Shown: positions 1 to 10,667 of the stretch, one piece after another
Layout of the letters: the number at the start of each line of letters is the position of its first letter
Position numbering within the stretch: position 1 is the stretch's first letter
Assembly: GCA_034226945.1 (NCBI GenBank)
Contig: CP120463.1
Span: 434,001 to 498,000 of the forward strand
DNA length: 64,000 nucleotides
DNA from: Picochlorum sp. SENEW3
Lineage: Eukaryota
Direction: 5' to 3'
The notes under the pieces: model-generated
Databases searched by the model: none
What the model was told of the DNA's origin: nothing
What the model saw: only the letters and a program-made list of their open reading frames with translations
Program-made: the position numbers and the translations under genes

Positions 1-1226
1 ACATTCAGCATTTGTTCATCTACCTCCTTTGTAGACATCCTGCCTCTAAAGAGGGCGGACGCAGTGAGGTATCGGCCATGCCTTGGATCAGCAGCACACA
101 TCATGTTTTTAGCATCCCACATTTGCTGAGACAACTCTGGAACAGAGAGACTCCTGTATTGCTGGCTTCCACGAGATGTCAATGGGCAGAAACCAACCAT
201 GAAGAAATGCAGTCTTGGGAATGGAATCAGATTTGTGGCAAGCTTCCTCAAATCTGCATTCAGCTGACCAGGGAAGCGAAGACAGCATGTGATTCCAGAC
301 ATGACAGCAGAAATGAGATGGTTGAGATCGCCGAATGTAGGTGTCGTCAATTTGAGTGTTCGGAAGCAGATGTCATACAGCGCCTCATTGTCGAGAATCA
401 TGCACTCATCGGCATTTTCAACCAGTTGATGGACAGACAGCGTGGCATTATATGGCTCAACCACCGTATCAGATACCTTGGGAGATGGAACAACGGAGAA
501 TGTCATCATCATTCGATCAGGATATTCTTCCCTCATCTTACTGATGAGGAGGGTACCCATGCCAGACCCAGTTCCTCCTCCAAGAGAGTGGCACAGCTGG
601 AAACCTTGAAGGCAATCACAACACTCAGCCTCTTTACGGACAACATCGAGAACAGAGTCAACAAGCTCTGCTCCTTCAGTATAATGTCCTTTGGCCCAGT
701 TGTTTCCAGCCCCTGTTTGACCAAACACAAAGTTATCTGGTCTGAAGATTTGCCCATATGGTCCAGCTCTGACAGAATCCATGGTCCCTGGTTCCTACAC
801 AAAGCACATAGACCGTTCAATGGCGTATACCTGTAGAAGTAAGATCCCTTGTATAACTTACCAGATCAACAAGGACAGCCCTAGGAACATAGCGACCCCC
901 TGTAGCTTCATTGTAGTACACATTGATACGCTCCAGCTGAAGGTCACTTTCTCCACAATATTCCCCAGTTGGGTCCACACCATGTTCATCTGAGACCACC
1001 TAGAATACACAAAAGAATGATTTAAGCATTTTCAAAGTATTTTTTGGAGCCATCAAACCATGAACATACCTCCCAGAACTTTGCTCCAATCTGATTACCA
1101 CATTGACCAGCCTGCACACACATACCCCACCTCAACAGGTCCCCTGGGCGACTGAACTACGAAGTAAATTCGTTAAAATCCATATACAACATCATGGCGT
1201 ACCTGGATATGAACTATCTCTCTCAT
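1..1226 (-). CDS. TUBB: beta-tubulin, 3'-partial (runs off window start); exons ~1226-1203, 1111-1070, 999-862, 794-<1
   Basis: Manual splicing gives [34 protein letters not shown]...[19 protein letters not shown]...GGGTGSGMG...[20 protein letters not shown] junctions keep frame. Confidence 0.97.
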
Positions 1227-1780
1227 TGTCAGTTGACTGGCTTCTTCTTCACAGTACAGATGATTGATACCCTCAAGACCTCACAGCAGGGATTTTCAGA
1301 CTGATTTGTTTAATACCAGTCTTGCAATCATATAATGATTTTATTTTTTCTGCCATGAGTCACGCCACAGTATTCAAATCAATGACTCACTCCCTAGAGA
1401 ACTCCTTGGATGGAATCCATGGGTATTTGAGTTGACTCCATGCATGTGCCTGATGTTGACCAGAGCATGTCTGTTGCCTTGAACAGCCCAAAGTACATCA
1501 ACTACATTCATTCCTTACAAAACGAGTGTCTTTTAATACGAAGAATAAAAATAAAAAATATGAAATCAAAAATATAGATGTCATGCGAGTCCTAATAGCA
1601 TCTAAACTGGATGCATTCAGACTGGACTGAAACTACATACATCAACGCAGGCACTGCTTGGAAAACATAAGGACAATGCAGGAACTTCTCTACTCAAAAT
1701 ACTCTAGGCGATAAAAAAAGACTTCTACGTGTGCTAACATTCAATTGGCGATTCATTCTTTTTCTTGTTTTACCATTCTA

Positions 1781-3781
1781 TCAACGTGCAGCTTCCCCTC
1801 GCCCATTGCCAGATTCTTTCTGATGTTTCATACTGAAGGAAGCCAGAGCTTCTGGTCCAATAGGAAACTGCTCTACCTCTCCATCAATATTAAACAGCAC
1901 TGGACGACACCTCTTATCCTCATGCAGCAAGGATGAATTTTGAAAATGTTGAATTAATGCAAGCTTACCCTGAATGCGGCCATAGGCAATCTGGCAGACT
2001 TTTTCAGAGTTAAACTTGGGCCACCGTCTTCCATGAAAATCCTCCACCAGTGCTGGGATTGCCAAATGGGTGGTCATATTTATGAATGCATACCCCACAT
2101 TGCACTTGTTCTTGAAGTCAATTGGCAAGTAGAAGAAATCAAAGGGGAATGGATGAGTCCCTGCAAATCTCTCTTCCAACAGCGTCAGTAGCATTTTCTG
2201 TGTGTACTTGTTTGGAATATTCTTTATCATCAAAGTTGTTCTCCTATCCTCCCCTGCCAATATCTTGTGCAAGTCCAAACCATACAAGCGATCCTGCTGT
2301 GCTTTTCTTTCCGCCTCGGCTAACGGGTTCACATTTCGCCTTGCCAATCGACCCCCTAAACTAGGATCAGACACGTTTCGCCTCGTAGGCTGTTGCATGG
2401 ATTGACTGCCACCAACGTACTGCGAGCGCCCAATATCAGGATTTGACAGAAAAGCACCCTGCAACACACTCTGCATGGAACTCTGATTTTGATGATGAAG
2501 ATGATGTGATTGCATACTAGCTATTTGCTGTGCTTGCAAGGCAACTAGAACTTCGTTCGATGCAAGCCACTGTGCATTTGTACTCGGTGGACTTGCTCCA
2601 TGTCTGTCAACCATGGCATTGGCTTGCCACATCTTCTCTGCACTTGGATACGTACTCGTCCTTCTGTTCAACATATCATTGGACTGTACCAATCCACGAG
2701 GCATCATTTGGTAGAGTCCTTGGGAGGACTGATGAGGGCTGCGATTGCTATCCAATGAGATTTCTGACAGATTCTTGGTCATATCCGACACACTCGTCGA
2801 ATATGTCTGTTGATAGCGATTGACGTATTGCTGCTGCTGGTTAAAATCTTCTACATTGCCAAACAGGTCTTTGTTTGACCCATCCAACACAACCAGCCTT
2901 CCAGTCACATCTGGGGATGATTTCAGGCTGCTCAGTGCAGCAGCAGCATGTCTGCTGTCATAAAATTCCGCCATACAGCAATGCTGCTGATATGGATGCT
3001 GTTTCAAATCCTTCAACTCGCCATATGACGACAAGAGATAATATACATCATCCAAGGATTTGCCTCCATCCAATGAAATGAGATACAGCATGGTGGGTGA
3101 TGAACTCTGCACTGTCACATCCTGACCCAACATGGTGCACGACAATTGTCTACCTCTCCATACAGTCCCAGACGAGTGCATTGCCAATCGAGCAGCTCGT
3201 ATATCATGATATGTTATCATCATATACCCCTGCATCTTGGTCTCCAATGAAATAGACTGAATATCCCCAAAACACTCAAACTGTTCCTTCAAGATGTTAT
3301 CAGGCGTGTTCGGATCAATCCCCTGGATCAACACTGTCCTAGACTCTCTATCCTGAGATGATGAGGGAGGTGACGTCGCCAAGTCCTTGCCGCTCGGCAC
3401 ATGAGGAGCAAGCCCACCACCATACCTGGAGGAAGAGCTCACTCCTGCATGTGTATACTGAGAAGATCCCTGCACACTCCCAGATTCAAACGCAAAGATT
3501 TCTTCCTCGTATAAATTGTTTTTCAAAAAGCTATTCTCACTCTCCCCAAACTCCTTTTGAGACTTGGAAAATACATGATCATATCCAAGCTGCTGCGACT
3601 GCTGTGGCTGCTGCTGGCTCAACGATTGCAGTATATCGTCCTGAATTCGTGTATCAAAGCTCTGAGTCGAACTTCGCCGCTGGTCTTGCAGCGCCTTGTC
3701 CCCTGAAGTATCTTCAGAAAAGAATTTCTGTCCTTTGCCTGAAGCCCCTTGAGGAGACATACTATGCCCCATATTCACCAT
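1781..3781 (-). CDS. Mei2-like RRM RNA-binding protein
   Basis: 666-aa ORF with two N-terminal RRM-like regions and the Mei2 RRM3 signature RTTLMIKNIPNKYTQKML...FDFFYLPIDFKNKCNVGYAFIN...SEKVCQIAYGRIQG. Confidence 0.93.
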   Translation of the reverse strand: MVNMGHSMSPQGASGKGQKFFSEDTSGDKALQDQRRSSTQSFDTRIQDDILQSLSQQQPQQSQQLGYDHVFSKSQKEFGESENSFLKNNLYEEEIFAFESGSVQGSSQYTHAGVSSSSRYGGGLAPHVPSGKDLATSPPSSSQDRESRTVLIQGIDPNTPDNILKEQFECFGDIQSISLETKMQGYMMITYHDIRAARLAMHSSGTVWRGRQLSCTMLGQDVTVQSSSPTMLYLISLDGGKSLDDVYYLLSSYGELKDLKQHPYQQHCCMAEFYDSRHAAAALSSLKSSPDVTGRLVVLDGSNKDLFGNVEDFNQQQQYVNRYQQTYSTSVSDMTKNLSEISLDSNRSPHQSSQGLYQMMPRGLVQSNDMLNRRTSTYPSAEKMWQANAMVDRHGASPPSTNAQWLASNEVLVALQAQQIASMQSHHLHHQNQSSMQSVLQGAFLSNPDIGRSQYVGGSQSMQQPTRRNVSDPSLGGRLARRNVNPLAEAERKAQQDRLYGLDLHKILAGEDRRTTLMIKNIPNKYTQKMLLTLLEERFAGTHPFPFDFFYLPIDFKNKCNVGYAFINMTTHLAIPALVEDFHGRRWPKFNSEKVCQIAYGRIQGKLALIQHFQNSSLLHEDKRCRPVLFNIDGEVEQFPIGPEALASFSMKHQKESGNGRGEAAR

Positions 3782-4656
3782 GACTCATATATTAAACTCA
3801 ATTACAATCAGATTCTGACTCCTTTCAAGGAGTAGTCGCTCTTCACAAGGAAGGCGTTCGCGCTGCACAGTCAGTCTGTCTCCAGGTCAATATTCAAACC
3901 TATTCCACGTTTGGGTGCGTTCATGCCATGAAAAATCCATATAAAAATAAAATAAAAGTAGCACCATGATATACGGGTAATGCGTTGATAACCAACCTTG
4001 ACTGCCCTTCAGTTTCTGTCACGTCCGTATCAGTCGTTTCTGTTCTCAACCCACGCGAGGCTATGCTTGTCCAGAAACGTCCTTATTTGATTGATAATAT
4101 AATTTTATCTGCACATGGACATTTGTTCGTTTTAATATGGACTACAGACGCCAAGTTCATTGATATGAAAAGTACCGTGGTATCTGGCAGTCACGTGGAA
4201 GCAGAATCATTGCAATGCAGTGGCTTCCTTTGCAAGCCATGACCTGATCGGATCATGTGTTCTTCGAAAGTCGTCCTGTCAAATGTCGTATCTCATGGTC
4301 AACGAGTCATCGAAAGGGATGCATTGATCTGGCGATTAAAATATTCGGTCAGACAAGGTGCTTGATCAATCGTTACAATTGCCCTTCTTTCTTAACACCT
4401 CCCTCCTGTGAATCGATGCGTTGATGGGGCTGAGAGTCAATGTGCAGGCTGATCCATGTTTGGTCTGAATGAGGTGGTGCGTGAAGCCTTGGACATGTTT
4501 CAATCCAACCTAGGTGGAAGACGAACTCTATATTCCACACGGGCTTGAATATATATTCAATTTCAATTTGCTGAGTGTATTGACATGTATGCATAGCAGC
4601 GCAGCCGTGGTCGTATAGCTGTATTTTCCAGGCAGACGGGGAGAAGAGAGACAACC

Positions 4657-5777
4657 ATGGATGTGGTCTCACCTCACACTGTGGGGGGAGGGGGGCCCGC
4701 GTGTGGCTCAGGTGATGGGCGAGGAGGTCCAGAAGAGAAGAATACAAGTAGTAAGGGTTGTAGGGATGTTGATGATGGAATGGAAGAGGCCCTGCTTGAG
4801 GCATTGATGGATGAGGAGCATTCTAGTAGGCGAGATGGAGGGGATGCAACAATCAAGAATACTCGCATAGAAGAGCAGAAGGGACGGCGGCGACGGTCTT
4901 TGAAACGTCCACTTGTGGTTCAGAAAAAGCAAGCGACAGGTGAGAAGACAAAGGCACAGAAGCACACATCATGGACTGCAGAAGAGGAGGCTGGGTATCA
5001 TGGAGCGCCAGGGTGTTCTGAGCAGTGCTTGACCAATTTACCTGTTGATTGTTTGGAGCGAATAGTAGCACGATTATCACCAAATGCGCTCTGTCATCTT
5101 GCGCAGACGTGTCGTTTGTGTCGATCGCTGGCATCATCTGCATCTCTGTGGAAGGCCTTGTACTACACCCGATGGCCATATGCCTCCAAGAGGGTGAAGA
5201 AGTGATCAAGAAAGAGGACTGGAAGCAATTGTATATGGAACGGGATGCAGAGGAAATTAAGAATGTCATGGGCGTGGTTCAAGAAGATGCGCAACTGTAC
5301 TCGCAAATGACCCTTGCATGCAGGGAGCAGTCATTAACGGATGAGAGTGCAGATGCAACCTTATGCATGGCGACCAATACAATGTGTGTGCCAGGAAGTT
5401 TGAAAGATCAAGTGCTCAAATTCAAAAAGTATCATGGAATCGAAGAATTCCGTAGCTTGGATGAGACGGGTGGTTGTTGTTCATGTGAATACGTGCGGTT
5501 GACTGGGCATCACTGGATCTGTCGTCATTGTGGGACCATGCATGCGTGTGGGGACATGTGCGAGGAGCGGGATCGGTGCGTGGGAGATGAAATGCTAGTA
5601 TGTAGAGTAACGGGATGCTGTTTTAGGGATATGATAGATGAGCATGAGGAGCCACAACAGCGTGAGAATGCAGAAGAGGGCCATGATGTTGGCAGACTTG
5701 GCAGAGCATTCCTTGCAGGATATCATGCATCGGATAGGCGCGAGATGTTTATGAAATTTGGCGTCTCAATGGATTGA
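4657..5777 (+). CDS. F-box protein, SKIP31-like, split by a frameshift near 5175-5205
   Basis: ORF 4657-5205 has an F-box (LTNLPVDCLERIVARLSP...TCR...LWKALYYTRWP). ORF 5049-5777 continues in another frame with WKQLYMERD, a Cys/His-rich region (HACGDMC...LVCRVTGCCF) and GRLGRAFLAGY, resembling the plant SKIP31 C-terminus. Confidence 0.75.
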
Positions 5778-5861
5778 TGACATGTATAATACAAAATGAA
5801 ATTCCAGTATCATGATTCGTTGATGACATGAATGTGTGAATATCCTCGACCGAATGCAGAT

Positions 5862-7498
5862 TTATGCTGCCGATTCATCAATATTAATAATGCTACGAGA
5901 GCTGCGTGATCGACGCAGGCATTCTGCGTCAAATTCTGCCAAGAACACATAGTGTATCAGATATGCTGCTCCGAGACATCTCCATACATTGAACAATGCT
6001 TTTGCCATCCATACTCCCCACAAGGTGTGCCATACTGAAATTTGCAGCCCAATGACTGGCATGAAGACAACAAAGAATCCGACTAAAAAATAATTTCTGA
6101 TAAATGTAAAGGACTGAGACGCATACATGAGACCATCGTACACAAATACAAGACTATTCAATGGCTGCACAAGACTCAATAATTGCCAGGTGCCGTTTTT
6201 TAGAATTGCAAGAGTCTTTTCATTCCTTGTAAAGAGTCCCATGATGGCATCCGCCTTGACCTGGAACACAATGGCTGCTGCCACACCAGTAATCAGCCCT
6301 GCTGATAGCACACGTATAATTAACCGCTGTAGATGCATCTTTGCGTCAGCAGCTCGAGCAGGATTATACGCTTGACCCCCAAGTCGCGACCCCAACACAA
6401 TCGCAGCCGCGGCAAACCCATCCACAATGTAACTCAAAAGCAACCAGAGCTGACTTACAATGGAATGGGCAGCCAAGTATTTATTCCCTAATCGCGTCGA
6501 ACATACCAATGCTATAAAAAATGTCGACTGCATAATCAAGGATCGAATCAACATGTTTAGCCCATCCTTGACAAAGTCCAACAATGTCTCGTCTTCTTCC
6601 TCTTCTTCTAGATCATAATCATCATCATTGTCTGTACCAATCAGAGAATCACGCAGGCTTGAATAGGACGACGACGCCGACAATTCTGGATAAAACATTT
6701 CTGTCCACAACGAAAAAGATGCGCCAGCCTCGGGAGGTTTCATGACAAATATCAACACACACCCAGCTACAACAGACAGCAGGTACGACACCAGAGACAC
6801 AACCCCGACCGACATTAGACGACTCCCCTGAAATTGTATCTCAAACATGATGACAAAAACACTTCCACCCATTTCTATAAGAGCTTGCACTGTATTCAAT
6901 ATGGCCACCGTCTTGACACATCGAAACCCTTGCAAGATGCCTGACAAGCTCATGTTCAACAATAAAAATGGCACCAACAACGCTCGAAGCGTCCAAAAGC
7001 CATACGCCTCATCCAAAATATCCCCAGATAAATTTAAAACACCCTCCATCAAAAAGTTTTTCAAAAGCATCAGCGTACTCAACCCCAGCACTCCCATGGC
7101 CACGGCAAAGAGCAAGGAATGCTTCACCCTTGCCCCAAGCTCCCTCCATGCCCGTCTCCCAACACTCTTACCAGTTTTCGCACTCACCCCATCCACAAGA
7201 AAGTTGAATATACGAGTGGCAAACCCAGCAATGATAGTACAGGCACCGTATGCTCCCAAGGCATGGTTTCCTACGTAATACCCCAAGAAGGCTGTTTGAA
7301 CCACCCCAGTCAAAGGAGCCGCAGCTGCATACACATGAAATCAAATCCACACATATATTTAGCTTTTTCATGCATAGGGTATGAACAAATCCAAGCGGTG
7401 CATGACCTACCGTTCAAAACAATGGAAGGAACAGCGACCCCAGCAATTGCTTTGTAAGACGAATATGCTGAATTATCGTAATCCAGCACATCATCCAT
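5862..7498 (-). CDS. MATE (DinF-like) efflux transporter; 2 exons (~7498-7411, 7324-5862)
   Basis: Many hydrophobic helices in two MatE-like halves (LSGILQGF; LAAHSIVSQLW...DGFAAAA; QPLNSLVFVYDGL). Upstream exon MDDVLDY...AVPSIVLN joins in frame through a GTAGGT..TGCAG intron. Confidence 0.88.
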
Positions 7499-7993
7499 CG
7501 TTGATTGCTCTTGGGTTTTATTCAGTTTCAAAATTATCCATCAACAGAGCAGCCTGTGCATGTGAATTGACCCTAGAAGAGACAGGATGTCCCAAACCCT
7601 ACACTCTTAGCAGCAGCAGCAGGAGGAAGAAACCCCATCAATATTCCATGTCCATCATGGGTGCAAAAGATTCCCATCCTCTGGAGATCTGATACCCTGC
7701 AGGGTTCTCAGAGAGAGAATCCAATCATCCGTGATTGACTACATGCATTGAACAAAGCATCGACGGGGTGGACATACCGGCAATTCGACATTTCTTGAAA
7801 GCTTTCTTAAGAACAATTCTTTCTTTTCAAGGAAAAGGGCAACCATCTGCATGGAGTGTTTCACACACATGCAGGAACTATCAGTCGAGAGCACCGGGTC
7901 CAATATATAGTAGATCAAGAGTACTATTATTTGAATATGAATTGTTACAGTGTTGATGAAGAGGCATTGAGCTACATACAAATAAAGCGTAGC

Positions 7994-9571
7994 ATGGCGA
8001 ACCACAATGGTTGTGGTCGCGACCCAGATATTATTCAGGAGGGTGATACGGTCGTATTTGATGTTAATAATAAATTAAAGGTACAATTTATACAGGTGAA
8101 GAGTGGAAGGTGGGTTTTCCTTGTCTTTGGAAATATAATGCACTTGAAGAGAAACATTGCCATGCCATGCGAGGATGTCTTCGAATATGCTGATTCTGGA
8201 AGGCATCATCTTTGGTAGTTGAAATATTCAAACATAGTATTGATTATTGGTGCAGTACGGTGAGGTTTGGTCGAGGAAATTGTCAGACGACTGATCTTGT
8301 TGGGCATAGGTTTGGGACCTTGTTTGGACTGGGAGAGGACGGGGCATCGCTTCGGCCGGTTGCACAGTGCGTATGACAGCCTACTCTATATCATTGACTA
8401 TATATGTATATGTTTCATCCTGTGATGATGATCGCGTATTGTCCAATGCAGTGAGCCTAGTGAGGAATGGGATGAGCAGTTGGAGGATGCTGATCGGGAT
8501 GGTTCAAATCACATCCATGACCAAGAGGCGGGGAATCAGCACATGTCGAGAGAAGAGATTGAAGGGATGAAGGCGTCTGGTGCTGAGGGAGCTACGATTG
8601 TGGATGCGTTGGTGACGAATTCAAAGAATTTTGACAAGATGAGTGGGTTTGCTCAGAAAAAGTACAAGTGCGTTGTTGTAGTTGGTCAATCCCAATTGAT
8701 TGATTGATTGATTGGGAGAAGTATTGGAAAAAAAAGAAGAATGATGACTCACATTGTGAATGATTGGTGGTTTTTCAGGAAGAAAAAAGTGGACAAGTAT
8801 GTGCTGATTGGGTGTGCTCGGAAGCCATCAGCAGCTGTGCTTGCTGAAGCATATTATTCTCGGTACAGCAATACCATTGGGTATTTGAGGCCAGATACAC
8901 TTGCTCTTGCTCTAACAATGGCGAATGTAGGTCCATATCAAAATGTTCTTGTGCTGGAGGCATCCAGTGGGCTTGTTACAGGGGCTGTTGCAGAGAAATT
9001 GGGTGGGTTTGGTGAGGTGTGTGCTGCCCATCATGGTAGAAACTCGCCCTCGATATCCATTACAACACAGTTCAATTTCTCGGATACAATACAGAAGACT
9101 ATTCACACACAACCATTGTCTGATCTTCTCCTCGAGGTTGATGGCATGGCGCATCGTGCAAAGTACTTTACAGATAAGAAGAGGGGTGAGGATGAGGACA
9201 CTGCAGTGGCTGCCCCTCCAGCAAAGCCTCGATTTACGAGTTGTATTATTACAGCAGCACATTATTCGTTGAAATCGTCCCTATTTGCTGTGCTGCCACT
9301 CCTAGCTCCGTCTGCAACGTTTGTTGTTGTCTCACAGGTTCTCCAACCATTAGTAGACTGCATGAATCTCCTTCGAGTCAAAAACTATGCTGTAGGAACA
9401 ACAATCCATGAAGCGTGGACTAGAGACATACAAGTTCTTCCATTACGAACACACCCCTTCATGAACATGAACCATGGAGGAGGGTACATTCTGACGGGAA
9501 CTGTCACAAAACGGGGCCGATGGGTTGACCTCAATCAATACACATCCAGTCATAATGAGGATGCGGTGTAA
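7994..9571 (+). CDS. TRM6: tRNA m1A58 methyltransferase non-catalytic subunit (Gcd10/TRM6); 4 exons
   Basis: Spliced motifs IQEGDTVVF, LVGHRFGTLF, NQHMSREEIEGMK...IVDALVTNSKNFDK..FAQKKY, LRPDTLALALTMANV, QVLPLRTHPFMNMNHGGGYIL. Introns ~8110-8255, 8367-8451, 8668-8778. Confidence 0.9.
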
Positions 9572-9596
9572 TACAATGTTTGCAATGCAATATATG

Positions 9597-10250
9597 TCAT
9601 GACGGTTCTCCTTTGTGTCGCAATGCGAGCCTCACAAGGGCCGTTCGTCTCAAATCCACGTGATCCTCGGGTGTTGTATCAGAAGGGGATATTGGCCCTA
9701 CACCTGCAGCGCCTGATGTTATTGTCGCATGCAATCGAGACTTCACGGGAGTCACACAAGCATCATCTTCAGTGTGATTCTGATGCGCGCATGATACACG
9801 CACTTCCGGCACTGATGTGCGGTCATCATGCCTCTGCTTTTTCCGATACTTTGACAAGGGTGATGGAGAGTCTCCATCTTGATGCGATGAGTTGAGCGAC
9901 ATCAGACTCGCCACATCATCAGACATACATTCAGTCGCAAACCTCTTCGTCTTTGACAAATTATCCACAATATCCGCATCATATTCAAACCACTGCATCC
10001 CTTGCAGGGATTTATTCTGACACCGTTTTGTCTGAACAGCCACAGTATCCGTGGACATTGGTGTCATCCCAACATCTCTGTCTTTCCGTTTCTTCCGCAA
10101 CTCATCTTCAACTGAAGATACCACTGGGGCCAAGGGTGTCTTGGCGGCACCCCCGTCATTGGTAATAGGATGCATCCTGGAAGGTGATGCTGACTCAAGG
10201 TGACCAAAACTGCTACACGAGTCGTGTCTCCCCATCCTCTTTTTATTCAT
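9597..10250 (-). CDS. hypothetical, probably disordered 217-aa protein with basic clusters and S/T-P sites
   Basis: ATG-initiated ORF filling the space between TRM6 and MTV1; no recognisable domain. Confidence 0.6.
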   Translation of the reverse strand: MNKKRMGRHDSCSSFGHLESASPSRMHPITNDGGAAKTPLAPVVSSVEDELRKKRKDRDVGMTPMSTDTVAVQTKRCQNKSLQGMQWFEYDADIVDNLSKTKRFATECMSDDVASLMSLNSSHQDGDSPSPLSKYRKKQRHDDRTSVPEVRVSCAHQNHTEDDACVTPVKSRLHATITSGAAGVGPISPSDTTPEDHVDLRRTALVRLALRHKGEPS

Positions 10251-10667
10251 CCTGATCGGAACTACTATCAGACTATAATGACAATATATAGTATCCTTTT
10301 CAGTCTAGGACCACATCAGCCGTACATAATCCAACCCGAGAACAAACGACATTCGAATTCAAACCCCCATCCCCATCTTGTACATGGATGACCAATGATT
10401 CACAACAGTAGCAGTTTTTACAGATGATGGGTATATATGGTACATAATACTAACCGCAAGGAGCGTTAGTCCAACCCATCCAAATACCACATGGCTATCG
10501 ACAAAAAGTTCCTTACTAAAACATTTAAAGAAGAAGAAGCAAATGTTTTCAGCAAAGTGTCTTCAGAATATTCTCAAAAGTTCAGACAGTAATCAATTTG
10601 AATAATAATCTTACTCTTCATCCGTATCTAGGACCTATCTACGAGTCTGGCGATTGATATCGACGCC

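Noticed and set aside
12..836. 274-aa + strand ORF
   Set aside because: Antisense shadow of beta-tubulin; long antisense ORFs are common opposite tubulin genes and this one has no independent motif.
3985..4804. ORFs 3985-4242(+) and 4373-4804(-)
   Set aside because: No recognisable domain; they lie in the Mei2/F-box divergent spacer or antisense to the F-box gene.
8110..8255. Possible H/ACA snoRNA in the 146-nt TRM6 intron (GAATAT/ATATTC stem followed by ACA at 8232)
   Set aside because: Upper stem is weak, there is no H box, and I could not derive an rRNA target; unsupported without a covariance search.
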